DNA of 64,000 bases from a candidate division WWE3 bacterium UBA1401 (GCA_002305115.1 DBQF01000001.1:437767-501766); one strand, 5' to 3'; positions 18,985 through 28,744 are shown, counted from the stretch's first letter. A program made the numbers and translations. Notes: a model not told the origin generated them from the sequence alone.

Positions 18985-18990
18985 TATAAT
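18985..18990 (+). promoter_or_regulatory. -10 box TATAAT, 6 nt before the murD ATG (leaderless geometry)
   Basis: TATAAT at 18985..18990, ATG at 18997. Confidence 0.6.
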
Positions 18991-18996
18991 ATTCCT

Positions 18997-20319
18997 ATGG
19001 ATTTTCAAAACAAAAAAATTCTTGTACAGGGTTTGAGTATTAGTAATCTGCCGGTTATCCAGTATCTGGCAGACAAACATCTGGCGAAACTCACTGTTAC
19101 AGACCTTAAACCTCAGGAAGAATTGCAAGACTTATACTCCCAGGCAAAAGAAGCCTATCCGGAGGCAAGCTTTGTTTTAGGCAGTCACAACGAAAAAGAC
19201 TTTTTAGAGGCAGATATGATCATCAAAAACCCAAGTATTCCAAATACAGTTCCCATTATTCAGCAAGCTCTTTCCAAAGGCGTTTCTGTAGAGTCTGATG
19301 TCACTTTATTCTTTAAACTATGCCCCTCCAAAAACATCATTGGTGTAACCGGAACAAAAGGTAAAACCACTACCGCTGTTTTTTTAGGAAAAGTGTTAGA
19401 AGATCAAGGCCTCGATGTAGTTCTCGCCGGAAATATGGGTATTCCCGCCATGGGGGAACTGGCAAAAGTTACTCCAGTCACCTGGGTGGTGCTAGAACTT
19501 TCAAGCTTTATGCTAGATAGCATGGCTTTACAACAACTAAGCCCCCACATTGCAATATATACTAACATTTTTCCCGATCATCTTAACAAGTATGCCAGTT
19601 TTGAGGACTACATAACTTCCAAAGCTACTATGTACAAATATCAGGCTGCTAGAGACATTTTAGTTTTGAATAAAGATGACGCGAATTTGAAAGAATTCTC
19701 AATTGATGCTCAACCCAAAGTTTTGTGGTATTCAGAACACGACATCCCAACCGATGTCAAATTGCATTTTACGAGCGGCCACTACAAGAAGAATATTGCT
19801 GCTTCCTTTGTGTTAGCCAAAGAACTTGGGTTAGATATTGTCAAGGTTAAAGCTACTGCAGAGGCCTTTACCGGTGTTCCCTATAGAATGCAGAACTTAG
19901 GCGTTATCAAGGGAATTGAATTTATAAACAATACTGCCGCTACTACACCTATTGCTTTCCTGGCTGATATTCCTGAAATTGCTTCTCAAAGAAAGCCTAT
20001 CTACTTACTAGGCGGGGGCGCAGATAAGAAGCTAGACTATGAAGAAATGGCAAGCCTTATCAATACAACCCCGGAGTTAGTTAAGTTAGCCTTGTTCAAA
20101 GGGGCTGCTACAGACAAGTTAATACCTCTAATTAACCAAGCTAAGATCCTGGGTGTTTATGACAGCATGTCTTCTGCCTTTGCTGCGGTAATTAATGCGG
20201 CAAAAGAAGGTAGCATTGTAGCTTTGAGCCCCGGGTGTGCTAGTTTTGGTGTGTTTAATAACGAATTTGATAGAGGTGATCAATTTAATACGGAAGTGGA
20301 GAAATTTAAGAATGTCTAA
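18997..20319 (+). CDS. murD: UDP-N-acetylmuramoylalanine--D-glutamate ligase
   Basis: Mur ligase P-loop GVTGTKGKTTT, and position after ftsW as in dcw clusters. Length 440 aa. Confidence 0.85.
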   Translation: MDFQNKKILVQGLSISNLPVIQYLADKHLAKLTVTDLKPQEELQDLYSQAKEAYPEASFVLGSHNEKDFLEADMIIKNPSIPNTVPIIQQALSKGVSVESDVTLFFKLCPSKNIIGVTGTKGKTTTAVFLGKVLEDQGLDVVLAGNMGIPAMGELAKVTPVTWVVLELSSFMLDSMALQQLSPHIAIYTNIFPDHLNKYASFEDYITSKATMYKYQAARDILVLNKDDANLKEFSIDAQPKVLWYSEHDIPTDVKLHFTSGHYKKNIAASFVLAKELGLDIVKVKATAEAFTGVPYRMQNLGVIKGIEFINNTAATTPIAFLADIPEIASQRKPIYLLGGGADKKLDYEEMASLINTTPELVKLALFKGAATDKLIPLINQAKILGVYDSMSSAFAAVINAAKEGSIVALSPGCASFGVFNNEFDRGDQFNTEVEKFKNV

Positions 20320-21892
20320 AAATGTTGTCTGTGTAGGTATTGGCGGTGGCGCCTTATACTATATTGCCAAGTACTTCTTATTTCTTGGTGCTTCTATTAG
20401 AGGGTTTGATATTTCCAAGACGGAAAAAACCATTGAACTTGAAACCTTGGGTGCTGAGATAACCTACCATAACCCAGAGGAACCTTTGAGAAACATTGAT
20501 TTACTAATCTATTCGAATGCGCTTCCTAATAAATTAATAGCCCAATTAACAGATCAGTACCCCAATACAATATCTGTTGATGAATTTTACGAGGACTTAC
20601 TGACCAAATATGAGGCCGACGAGCTTACGGCTGCACAAGTTGAGGCTATTAAGCAGGCAAATGTGGCACCCCTTTATGAATTGGATACTAGCAAGGTGAC
20701 CTTAATAGGTGTAACCGGTACCGATGGAAAAACAACTACTACAGAAATGCTTTACAGCATTCTAACTGCCGCGGGTTTTAAAGTTGGGTTAGTTAACACT
20801 ATCAAAGCAAAAATTGGGGAAGACGAAATTGATACTGGGTTTCATGTAACCACACCGTCTGCTCAAGAAAATGCCAAATTGCTAAAAAAGATGCTGGATG
20901 TGGGCTGTACACACATAATTTTAGAGTGTACCTCTCAAGGCCTAAAAACTGGCAGACTTGCCGGGTTAAAGTTTGACTTTGCTGTTTATACTAATATCAC
21001 CGCAGAACACTTGGATTTTCATAAAACCCTGGAAAATTTGATTGAGGCAAAGTCTTTCCTAATTAAAAAACACTTAAAGCCCACCGGATGGGCAATATTA
21101 AACGCAGATAATGCCAATATTTTTACCAATTTAGCTGGACAATTCCAAAACGAGTTGTTTTATTCTACAGTTTCCCAAGACGGGAAATTCATCACTGCCG
21201 CAAACATTCAAGAAACCGGCACTTCACTAGAGTTTGATTTAGTAGAAGCGGGCAGTACTGTTGGCAGTATAACCATTCCAATGATTGGGCTTTATAACGT
21301 TAGTAACGCCTTAGCGGCTATAAGTGTTGGTCTTAAGCTTGGCGTAGCGGTGCCTGTTATAGCCGATGGTTTAGCTAAGTTACCCGTTGTAACAGGGCGA
21401 ACACAGGTGATACAGCGAGAGCCTTTTTATGTACTAGTTGATTTTGCGCACACACCAAATGGATTAGCTAACGTACTTAACTCCGTAAGGCACTTAGTAA
21501 AACAAACTGGTAAGTTAATTGTAGTTTTCGGCTGTGCAGGCAAAAGAGATCCATCCAAAAGATTTCCCATGGGAGAAACTGCTGGGAAATTAGCAGACAT
21601 TACAATTCTCACGGCGGAAGACCCCCGATCCGAATCTCTCACACAGATAAATAGTGAAATTGAAACTGGATGGAAAGCTACGGCTACTGCAAATAAGCAG
21701 CTAATTAGGTTTGATGATGATTCTCACGATGTACAAGTTCGCCGAGATGCTATTAAAATAGCTTTAGAATTAGCAAAACCCGGAGATGTGGTTATTATGT
21801 GTGGCAAAGCACACGAAAAAAGCCTGTGTTTTGGTAATACGGAATATCCCTGGAATGATATTGACGAAACTAAGAAGCTATTAGGTCTGTAG
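20312..21892 (+). CDS. murE: UDP-N-acetylmuramoyl-L-alanyl-D-glutamate--diamino acid ligase (MurE-type)
   Basis: ATG at 20312 overlaps the murD end by 8 nt. Motifs GVTGTDGKTTTT, NITAEHLDFH...AK, DFAHTPNGL, GCAGKRDPSKR and ILTAEDPRSE. N-terminal GIGGGALYYIAKY resembles MurC/MurD N-domains. Confidence 0.8.
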   Translation: MSKNVVCVGIGGGALYYIAKYFLFLGASIRGFDISKTEKTIELETLGAEITYHNPEEPLRNIDLLIYSNALPNKLIAQLTDQYPNTISVDEFYEDLLTKYEADELTAAQVEAIKQANVAPLYELDTSKVTLIGVTGTDGKTTTTEMLYSILTAAGFKVGLVNTIKAKIGEDEIDTGFHVTTPSAQENAKLLKKMLDVGCTHIILECTSQGLKTGRLAGLKFDFAVYTNITAEHLDFHKTLENLIEAKSFLIKKHLKPTGWAILNADNANIFTNLAGQFQNELFYSTVSQDGKFITAANIQETGTSLEFDLVEAGSTVGSITIPMIGLYNVSNALAAISVGLKLGVAVPVIADGLAKLPVVTGRTQVIQREPFYVLVDFAHTPNGLANVLNSVRHLVKQTGKLIVVFGCAGKRDPSKRFPMGETAGKLADITILTAEDPRSESLTQINSEIETGWKATATANKQLIRFDDDSHDVQVRRDAIKIALELAKPGDVVIMCGKAHEKSLCFGNTEYPWNDIDETKKLLGL

Positions 21893-23237
21893 CTATTTTA
21901 TGTAAATCCCCCGCGCTAGCCAAAACAAACACTAAATTTTGGTGCGTTTTGTCTATGTTCATAATTTTAGTTTCTGTGTTAGCTATAGTGCCTGTGTAAC
22001 TCACTGTTTTACCGGGGTTTTGCGCGGCTAAGTAATTAGCAAAGGCTTCGGAAGTAATAAGCTTTTTATAATCTTCCGGTTCTCTTACTGGGGCAAAAAT
22101 GTCTGTAATCCACAGGGTGTCTATTTTCTCAATGGCTTTGGCAAAAGCTTCTTTGAAAGTGTAGCTTCTTTCCACACTATGTGGTTGCCATACTAATATA
22201 ATCTGTTTGTCAGGGTGTGCCTCTCCTGCTGCCTCAATAACTGCCCGCAATTTGTCTGGGTTGTGGGCATAGTCTTTATAGACTAGGTTGCCGTTGGCAG
22301 TTTTTCCTGCCAGCTCAAAGCGTTTGGTTAAGCCGGGAAAGCTTTGTAACGCTTCTACAGCCTGTACTTTATCAATTTTTAATGTTCTAGCTACGGTATA
22401 TGCTCTTAAGGCGTTTTCTTTGTTGTGCTTTCCCGGAAGTGTTAGCTTTATGTCTGTTAGTTCATCTCTGAACTGATTGATATCAGTAATGTTAGTTTGA
22501 TTAGTAAGCTGATCTAAAATTTGCTTTTCAACTTGTTGCTCTGTGTCTATTACGATAGTATTTGTTGTGTTGTCTAAAAATTCCGCAAACGCAGAATTGT
22601 AGCTTTCTTGAGTAGGGTAAAAATCTGTGTGATCAAGCGCCATACTTGTTACAACGCTGATATAGGGTTTAGGTGCCCTTTGCAAAAACTGCTTTTTGTA
22701 TTCACATGCCTCTAATACTAAATACTTGCTTTTTGGGTTAACGTAAGCGTTTGTATTTAGCTCAAAAATTTTGTCTTCCCCATCACCCAGAATAAAGTTT
22801 GGTGTTTCACAGGTCTTGTGTAACAGCCACACTATGAAAGCAGTAGTTGTACTCTTACCGTGAGTGCCTACAACAGCTATGGTTTTTAAATTCTTACTGA
22901 TCAGCCCTGTAAGTTGCGCAATGGTTATGGCAGGCAGTTTAAACTTTTCTGTTTGTTCGCACTCAGGATTACCGGGAATAGGGCCATTTGGAAAGACAAC
23001 CAAATCTAGATCTTTATGAATATAGTCTGCACTGTGGTTTCCTGGAAATAATACTCCCTGGCCAAGCCAGTATTGTGCCGCATCTGTATTTTGTTTCAAT
23101 TCGGAAGCAGTTATATGTTTACCCATGTCGTATAGGATTTTCGCACAAAAATTCCCAAAAGCTGACCCTATACCAATGATGTGTATATTATTTAGGCTTG
23201 CAAGATCTAGGTTTAGGGCTTGACTGTCGGATAACAT
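21870..23237 (-). CDS. murC: UDP-N-acetylmuramate--L-alanine ligase (MurC-type)
   Basis: IHIIGIGSAFGN N-domain, VVGTHGKSTTT P-loop and DYAHNPDKL. Convergent with murE, overlapping its 3' end by 23 nt. Confidence 0.75.
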   Translation of the reverse strand: MLSDSQALNLDLASLNNIHIIGIGSAFGNFCAKILYDMGKHITASELKQNTDAAQYWLGQGVLFPGNHSADYIHKDLDLVVFPNGPIPGNPECEQTEKFKLPAITIAQLTGLISKNLKTIAVVGTHGKSTTTAFIVWLLHKTCETPNFILGDGEDKIFELNTNAYVNPKSKYLVLEACEYKKQFLQRAPKPYISVVTSMALDHTDFYPTQESYNSAFAEFLDNTTNTIVIDTEQQVEKQILDQLTNQTNITDINQFRDELTDIKLTLPGKHNKENALRAYTVARTLKIDKVQAVEALQSFPGLTKRFELAGKTANGNLVYKDYAHNPDKLRAVIEAAGEAHPDKQIILVWQPHSVERSYTFKEAFAKAIEKIDTLWITDIFAPVREPEDYKKLITSEAFANYLAAQNPGKTVSYTGTIANTETKIMNIDKTHQNLVFVLASAGDLHKIATDLIAS

Positions 23238-23239
23238 GT

Positions 23240-24472
23240 TTATTTCCAGCGGGCATCCTGCCTGACCAGCAATTCCTCGGCTTGTTCTGGGTTAGCCAGT
23301 AATTTTTTAGTTATCTTTTCCATGCGCGCGCCTTGAGAGCCTTTAATTAAAATTACATCGCTTTCAGCAAACTCAAACCGTGCGGGATCAAACACTTCCG
23401 AATTATTTACGTGGGCTTTGGTTATAGCTGCATTGTCGTAAATAATTTTGCCTAAAGTGCCTACCGCGATAAGTTGATCTATCTTAAGTTCATCAAGAGC
23501 TTTTGCAATTTCTTCATGTCCCTGTTTTTCAAATTGGCCGAGTTCGAGCATATCTCCCAGAATTGCAATTTTCCTTTTACCGGGATATTCAGCCAATACT
23601 TTTAGGGCAGCCTTAGTGGATGCTGGGCTGGCATTGTAGGAGTCATCAATCAAGACTGTGTTATTAATGCCCTCCAGAACGGATAATCTGCCTTTAGGTA
23701 GTGTCAAATCTTGAGAAGCTTTTTCAATAGCCTGTTTTTTCATGCCAAGCAAGGAAGCCGCCCCAAAGCAGGCCATCAGGTTAGAAATATTGTGTTCACC
23801 AAGTACTTTGATTTGCGTTAAGTCATAGTTTTTCGGATTAAATTCTGCTTCGTGGCTTAGTCCGAACCACTTTATTGTTCTGTTAGAGGTTTGGCCGTAG
23901 TTTCTTAGGTAGTTATTGTCATAATTTAATAATGCGATGCCACCTGTCTTCATGCCTTTTACTATTTCGGTTTTTGCGCTGAGAATATTTTCGACACTAC
24001 CTAATTTTTCAGCGTGAGTTTCGTTTATTGTGGTGATAATGGATATATCTGGCGGGAAGAGAGAAGTAGTCTTTGTTAATTCGCCCGCGGCATCCATGCC
24101 CATTTCGGCTACGAAGACTTCGCAGTCTTGCTGCATAGAATTAATTACGTTTACTGACAAACCTAGTTTGGTGTTAAGATCCCCTTTGCAAATGATAAAT
24201 GTTTTGGAAAGTATCTGGGTTAGGAAGTTTGTGGTGGTGGTTTTGCCAGAAGAACCCGTGACGCCGATTATTTTTGGATTAATTGTTTTTAGTTTATGTG
24301 CTGCCAATGCGTATAACTCTTCCTCTTCAATAACGCCTATGGCACCATTTTGCAAAGCTTGGTCTATGAATGTGTGACCATCAAATTTTTCGCCTACTAT
24401 GGGTGCAAAATAGTCACCTGGTTTCACAAGTCTCGCGTCCAGGCAGACTTTGATGTTTAGGTCTTTTCCCAT
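23240..24472 (-). CDS. murF: UDP-N-acetylmuramoyl-tripeptide--D-alanyl-D-alanine ligase
   Basis: GVTGSSGKTTT and DDSYNASP motifs. Start placed at the ATG 24472 (MGKDLNIK...), which lies 6 nt after a TATAAT box. The track start at 24487 is a TTG inside that box. Confidence 0.85.
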   Translation of the reverse strand: MGKDLNIKVCLDARLVKPGDYFAPIVGEKFDGHTFIDQALQNGAIGVIEEEELYALAAHKLKTINPKIIGVTGSSGKTTTTNFLTQILSKTFIICKGDLNTKLGLSVNVINSMQQDCEVFVAEMGMDAAGELTKTTSLFPPDISIITTINETHAEKLGSVENILSAKTEIVKGMKTGGIALLNYDNNYLRNYGQTSNRTIKWFGLSHEAEFNPKNYDLTQIKVLGEHNISNLMACFGAASLLGMKKQAIEKASQDLTLPKGRLSVLEGINNTVLIDDSYNASPASTKAALKVLAEYPGKRKIAILGDMLELGQFEKQGHEEIAKALDELKIDQLIAVGTLGKIIYDNAAITKAHVNNSEVFDPARFEFAESDVILIKGSQGARMEKITKKLLANPEQAEELLVRQDARWK

Positions 24473-24478
24473 ACGCCC

Positions 24479-24484
24479 ATTATA
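24479..24484 (-). promoter_or_regulatory. -10 box TATAAT (minus strand), 6 nt before the murF ATG
   Basis: The minus strand reads TTGTATAAT-GGGCGT-ATG. Confidence 0.55.
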
Positions 24485-24520
24485 CAACTAAATTATTTAT
24501 GAAGGCTGGCGTAAAAATAG

Positions 24521-24526
24521 TATAAT
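24521..24526 (+). promoter_or_regulatory. -10 box TATAAT, 6 nt before the murG ATG; back-to-back with the murF box
   Basis: TATAAT at 24521..24526, ATG at 24533. Confidence 0.6.
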
Positions 24527-24532
24527 CTGCAC

Positions 24533-25621
24533 ATGCGTGTGGTAATTACCGGCGGGCACCATAGCTCCGCACTACCTGTCATTTCAGAACTTCAAGCTCT
24601 TCATCCGGATCTTGAAATATATTGGTTAGGTCACAAATACTCAATGCGTGGCAACAAGAACCCCACCTTAGAATATCAGGAAATAACTGCTATGGGCATT
24701 TCGTTTTATGAGCTTAAAGCAGGTAAATTCTACAAGACCTACAATATAGGACGCTTACTAAAAATACCCTATGGTTTTTTTCAGGCTTTTTACTATTTGA
24801 TTAAGCTAAAACCGGATGTGATTCTGTCCTTTGGTGGTTATTTAGCAGTGCCTGTAGTGCTGGCTGGTTGGGTTTTAAGAATACCCGCGGTTACTCACGA
24901 GCAAACCGTTGTTGCAGGTTATGCTAATAAACTGATAGCCCGGTTTGCGAAAAGGATTTTTGTTTCCTGGGATGATTCGTGCAAATTTTTTCCCAAAAGC
25001 AAAGTTTTTTATACCGGGTTGCCTTTAAGATCTGCTTTGTTTGAAGTACGAAGCAACGAATTTGATATAAACCCCGCTTTGCCAACTATTTATATTACTG
25101 CAGGCAAAACTGGCTCACACAGTATCAATATGGTGGTTAAGGAAATTCAGCACAAACTTTTGGAAATTTGTAACGTTATTCATCAATGTGGCGATCATTC
25201 CCAGTTTAATGACTATGAACTCCTCACGAAAAATCTCGCGGGAAAAACTTTTCCCGGCAAGCTTTTTGTGAGGAAATTCGTTTACGAAGATAATATTGGC
25301 GAAGTCTTTGCTAAAGCTTCCGTTTTTGTATCCCGCTCGGGGGCTCATACTACAAAAGAAATATTGACGTTCAAGAAAAAGGCGGTACTAATACCAATTC
25401 CTTGGGTTTCTCACAATGAGCAGTATGAAAACGCTAAAGTAGCTGTAAAGGAAGGCCTGGCAGTAATTGTTGATGAACCCAATCTGACACCTAGTTTGCT
25501 ACTTGAAGCCATTAGGGAAAGGCTTGCAGCAAAAACTGGTTATGATCAACAACCTGAATTTTCCAATGAGCCTGCTTATCTTATTGCTAAAGACACACTT
25601 GCCTATGCGAAGAAGGGTTAG
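24533..25621 (+). CDS. murG: Undecaprenyldiphospho-muramoylpentapeptide beta-N-acetylglucosaminyltransferase
   Basis: MRVVITGGHHSS N-terminus and GT28 fold pattern (HEQT, SRSGAHTTKE). dcw context. Confidence 0.9.
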   Translation: MRVVITGGHHSSALPVISELQALHPDLEIYWLGHKYSMRGNKNPTLEYQEITAMGISFYELKAGKFYKTYNIGRLLKIPYGFFQAFYYLIKLKPDVILSFGGYLAVPVVLAGWVLRIPAVTHEQTVVAGYANKLIARFAKRIFVSWDDSCKFFPKSKVFYTGLPLRSALFEVRSNEFDINPALPTIYITAGKTGSHSINMVVKEIQHKLLEICNVIHQCGDHSQFNDYELLTKNLAGKTFPGKLFVRKFVYEDNIGEVFAKASVFVSRSGAHTTKEILTFKKKAVLIPIPWVSHNEQYENAKVAVKEGLAVIVDEPNLTPSLLLEAIRERLAAKTGYDQQPEFSNEPAYLIAKDTLAYAKKG

Positions 25622-26363
25622 AAGAGTTGTTACCAGAAGGATGGCTATTCGTCTAGCTAGATCTGCAAAGTATGTGGCCACTATTGCGGGAGCTCTGATG
25701 ATTGTTGTAACTGTAGGCTATTTGTTATTCTGGTCCAGCTATTTCAAAATAACTACACTTGAGATTAGGGGTGCAAAAAATTTTGTAAACCCTACTGATT
25801 TGCGTACAATGGCTGAAAACTTATGTTTGGCTAAAAACATATTTGGCTATAATTCCGGTAAACTGTCAGAGGTTTTAATGGAAAATTTTAAAGGTGCCAG
25901 TGCTATATCCGTAAAGAAGAAATTTCCTGGTACAATCATAGTGAATGTTACGGAGCGTCATCCGCTTGCATTGATAGTAAACACCAATAAACACGATTAT
26001 TATCTGGTAGATAACGAGGGCTATGTGCTTGGTGTCGCAGATCGGCAGACAACTAACCTTCCGGAAATTACTTATGATGGTACTATCAAGGTTGGCGAAT
26101 TCATAAATTCAGATTTGATACCCGTTTATCTTAGCCTTGTAGCCGCGATAGATACATATAAAGTGGATGTTAGCAGCATGAGCTTCTTTCCCAGGTACAC
26201 TCAGGTGTTTTTGAGAAAAGGAACAGAGGTTTTAATAGGTAATGACAAAAGCAAGACGGAGGCTTTAGGTATAGTGAAAAGCCTACTTAAGCAGTTGGAT
26301 GTAGAAGGGAGAAAAGCTAACCGAATTGATTTACGATATGATAAAGTAATAGTATCATTTTGA
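25605..26363 (+). CDS. ftsQ: Cell division protein FtsQ (POTRA domain)
   Basis: Basic N-terminus, one TM, then a POTRA-like ITTLEIRGAKNF. Start chosen at ATG 25605, which overlaps the murG end; the track ORF at 25503 runs inside murG. Confidence 0.7.
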   Translation: MRRRVRRVVTRRMAIRLARSAKYVATIAGALMIVVTVGYLLFWSSYFKITTLEIRGAKNFVNPTDLRTMAENLCLAKNIFGYNSGKLSEVLMENFKGASAISVKKKFPGTIIVNVTERHPLALIVNTNKHDYYLVDNEGYVLGVADRQTTNLPEITYDGTIKVGEFINSDLIPVYLSLVAAIDTYKVDVSSMSFFPRYTQVFLRKGTEVLIGNDKSKTEALGIVKSLLKQLDVEGRKANRIDLRYDKVIVSF

Positions 26364-26373
26364 TACTGTCCTT

Positions 26374-27621
26374 ATGGCTAGAGAAAAAATTATAACAGCA
26401 ATAGATGCAGGATCTACAAAGGTTAGTACAGTTGTAGCAGCAGTCTACGACAATAAAATCTCAATTATTGGTGTTTCAGGTAAAGTGCCCTCCAAGGGCA
26501 TCAATAAAGGTTCCGTTGTTGATATAGATAGCGCTGTTGAGTCTATTTCTAATTCGCTGGAACGTGCTGAACGTATGGCAGGTGTCTCAATATCCTCAGC
26601 TTTTGTTACGGTTAACGGTAGCCATATAGAATCCCAGAATTCTCACGGGGTTGTCGCTGTGAATCCTCAAAGTTCTGAAATAACCCCGGAAGATGTGATT
26701 CGTGTTACCGAAGCTGCTCAGGCGGTATCTTTTCCATCTTCCCGTGAAATAATCCATGTAATACCTAGAGACTTTATTGTAGATACAACAGATGGCATCA
26801 AAGATCCTGTAGGCATGGCTGGTGTAAGGCTGGAAGTTGAGACAAATATTATTCACGGTGCTGCTACGGCAATGAAAAATTTAATTAAGTGTGTTGAGCA
26901 GGTAGGTGTTGACGTAGATGATTTAGTTTATACAGGAATTGCTTCTGCCGAATCTGTGTTGACAGATACCGAGAAAGAGTTAGGTACCATTCTTATAGAC
27001 GTAGGTGGTGGTACAACTTCTGTTATTGCTTTTTTAGATGGTAGCCCTATTTATTCCACTGTATTTGCTATTGGAGCCAAGCACATAACAAGTGACTTAG
27101 CTATTGGGCTTAGGACTAGGTTGGAAGATGCCGAAAAAATCAAGCTAAAGTTAAGTAGTGAAAGTATGTTTGCTCAAAACAACGAGGCAAAGGACGAGTT
27201 GTTTGATGTTTCGGAATTTAATCTGGACTCCGAATCATTACCTAAGAGATTTCTAAATGAAATTGTAGATGCGCGTACCAAAGAAATTTTTAACATGATT
27301 GCGCTGGAACTTAATAAAAATAACCTTATTGGTAAGTTGCCCGCGGGGGCTGTGATTACCGGAGGAGGTGCTTTAACTTGCGGTATAGAACGAGTGGCCA
27401 AGGGTATTTTGAAAATGCCGGTCAGAATTGGCAGACCTACGGGCGTAACGGGCCTTATCGATGAAATACAAGGTCCTGAGTTTGCCGCCACTGTGGGCAC
27501 AATTCTGTATGGTGCCAGTATGATGAAGAGTAATGAAGTATTGTCATTTAACAAAACTCACGGTAAGATTGGAAACGGTTTTACCAAACTCATAGAAAAA
27601 CTTAAATCATTCCTGCCCTGA
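26374..27621 (+). CDS. ftsA: Cell division protein FtsA
   Basis: Actin-like ATPase motifs (AIDAGSTKV, IDVGGGTTS) and a C-terminal amphipathic tail. Sits between ftsQ and ftsZ. Confidence 0.9.
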   Translation: MAREKIITAIDAGSTKVSTVVAAVYDNKISIIGVSGKVPSKGINKGSVVDIDSAVESISNSLERAERMAGVSISSAFVTVNGSHIESQNSHGVVAVNPQSSEITPEDVIRVTEAAQAVSFPSSREIIHVIPRDFIVDTTDGIKDPVGMAGVRLEVETNIIHGAATAMKNLIKCVEQVGVDVDDLVYTGIASAESVLTDTEKELGTILIDVGGGTTSVIAFLDGSPIYSTVFAIGAKHITSDLAIGLRTRLEDAEKIKLKLSSESMFAQNNEAKDELFDVSEFNLDSESLPKRFLNEIVDARTKEIFNMIALELNKNNLIGKLPAGAVITGGGALTCGIERVAKGILKMPVRIGRPTGVTGLIDEIQGPEFAATVGTILYGASMMKSNEVLSFNKTHGKIGNGFTKLIEKLKSFLP

Positions 27622-27639
27622 AAGAAACATACAAAGAAT

Positions 27640-28740
27640 ATGGAGTTAAAGCCAGAAATTGAACGGTTCGCTAAAATTAGAGTTGTAGGTATAGGAGGGG
27701 CGGGATGTAACGTAATAAACACCATGATTGAATCCCAGCAGATCCAGGGTGTTGAATTTATTGCAGTAAATACAGATGCCCAAGCACTTTCCATTAACAA
27801 GGCATTCATCAAGATACCTATTGGTCAGGAAATTACTAACGGTTTAGGTGCCGGATCAGACCCCGACATAGGTGAACGCGCAGCTGAAGAAACTGTGGAG
27901 CTTATCAAAAGCAATCTGGAAAGTTCCGATATGGTTTTTATAACAGCCGGCATGGGTGGCGGAACAGGCACAGGCGCCTCTCCGGTTATTGCTAGAACTG
28001 CGCGTGAACTTGGCGCTCTTACAATTGGTGTTGTTACTAAGCCCTTTAATTTTGAGGGTGCCCAACGTATGAAGAATGCCCAAAGAGGCATCGACGCGTT
28101 AAGAAGCGAAGTAGACGCGCTCATAACTATTCCTAACCAGAAACTTCTGGATATTTCCGATGAGCAAACCACTATTATGGACGCCTTTAGACTTTCGGAT
28201 AGCATCTTAAACCAGGGTGTTCAAGGTATTTCAGATCTAATCGTGATGCCGGGGCTTATTAACGTTGACTTTGCTGATGTCAGATCTATCATGAAGGATG
28301 CAGGTTCCGCTCTAATGGGTATTGGTATTGGCACAGGTGAAAATAGAGCAGAAGATGCTGCCAAAGCTGCAATTTCTTCTCCATTACTGGAAGTGTCGAT
28401 AGAGGGTGCTACCGGTATCTTGTTCAATGTCATTGGCGGTACGAATTTAACTATGCGGGAAGTTGATAAGGCGGCAAATATTATTAGTGAATCTGCCAGC
28501 GCTGATGCAAACATTATTTTTGGTACCACAATTGATGAAAGTTTAACCGATCAAATCAAAATTACTGTCATTGCTACAGGGTTTGATTCAGGTTTGAAAT
28601 CTCAGTATGGCATTCCTATTGGAACAGAAAGGAAAACTCAGCCTACACCACCTACTGAAGAACCGCAAGAGCCTTGGAACGATGATTCCGATGACTCCGG
28701 CAGCCAATATGACATCCCCGCATTTTTGAGAGGCCGCTAA
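27640..28740 (+). CDS. ftsZ: Cell division protein FtsZ
   Basis: Tubulin signature GGGTGTGASPV, NTDAQAL, and C-terminal peptide DIPAFLRGR. Confidence 0.97.
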   Translation: MELKPEIERFAKIRVVGIGGAGCNVINTMIESQQIQGVEFIAVNTDAQALSINKAFIKIPIGQEITNGLGAGSDPDIGERAAEETVELIKSNLESSDMVFITAGMGGGTGTGASPVIARTARELGALTIGVVTKPFNFEGAQRMKNAQRGIDALRSEVDALITIPNQKLLDISDEQTTIMDAFRLSDSILNQGVQGISDLIVMPGLINVDFADVRSIMKDAGSALMGIGIGTGENRAEDAAKAAISSPLLEVSIEGATGILFNVIGGTNLTMREVDKAANIISESASADANIIFGTTIDESLTDQIKITVIATGFDSGLKSQYGIPIGTERKTQPTPPTEEPQEPWNDDSDDSGSQYDIPAFLRGR

Positions 28741-28744
28741 ATTT

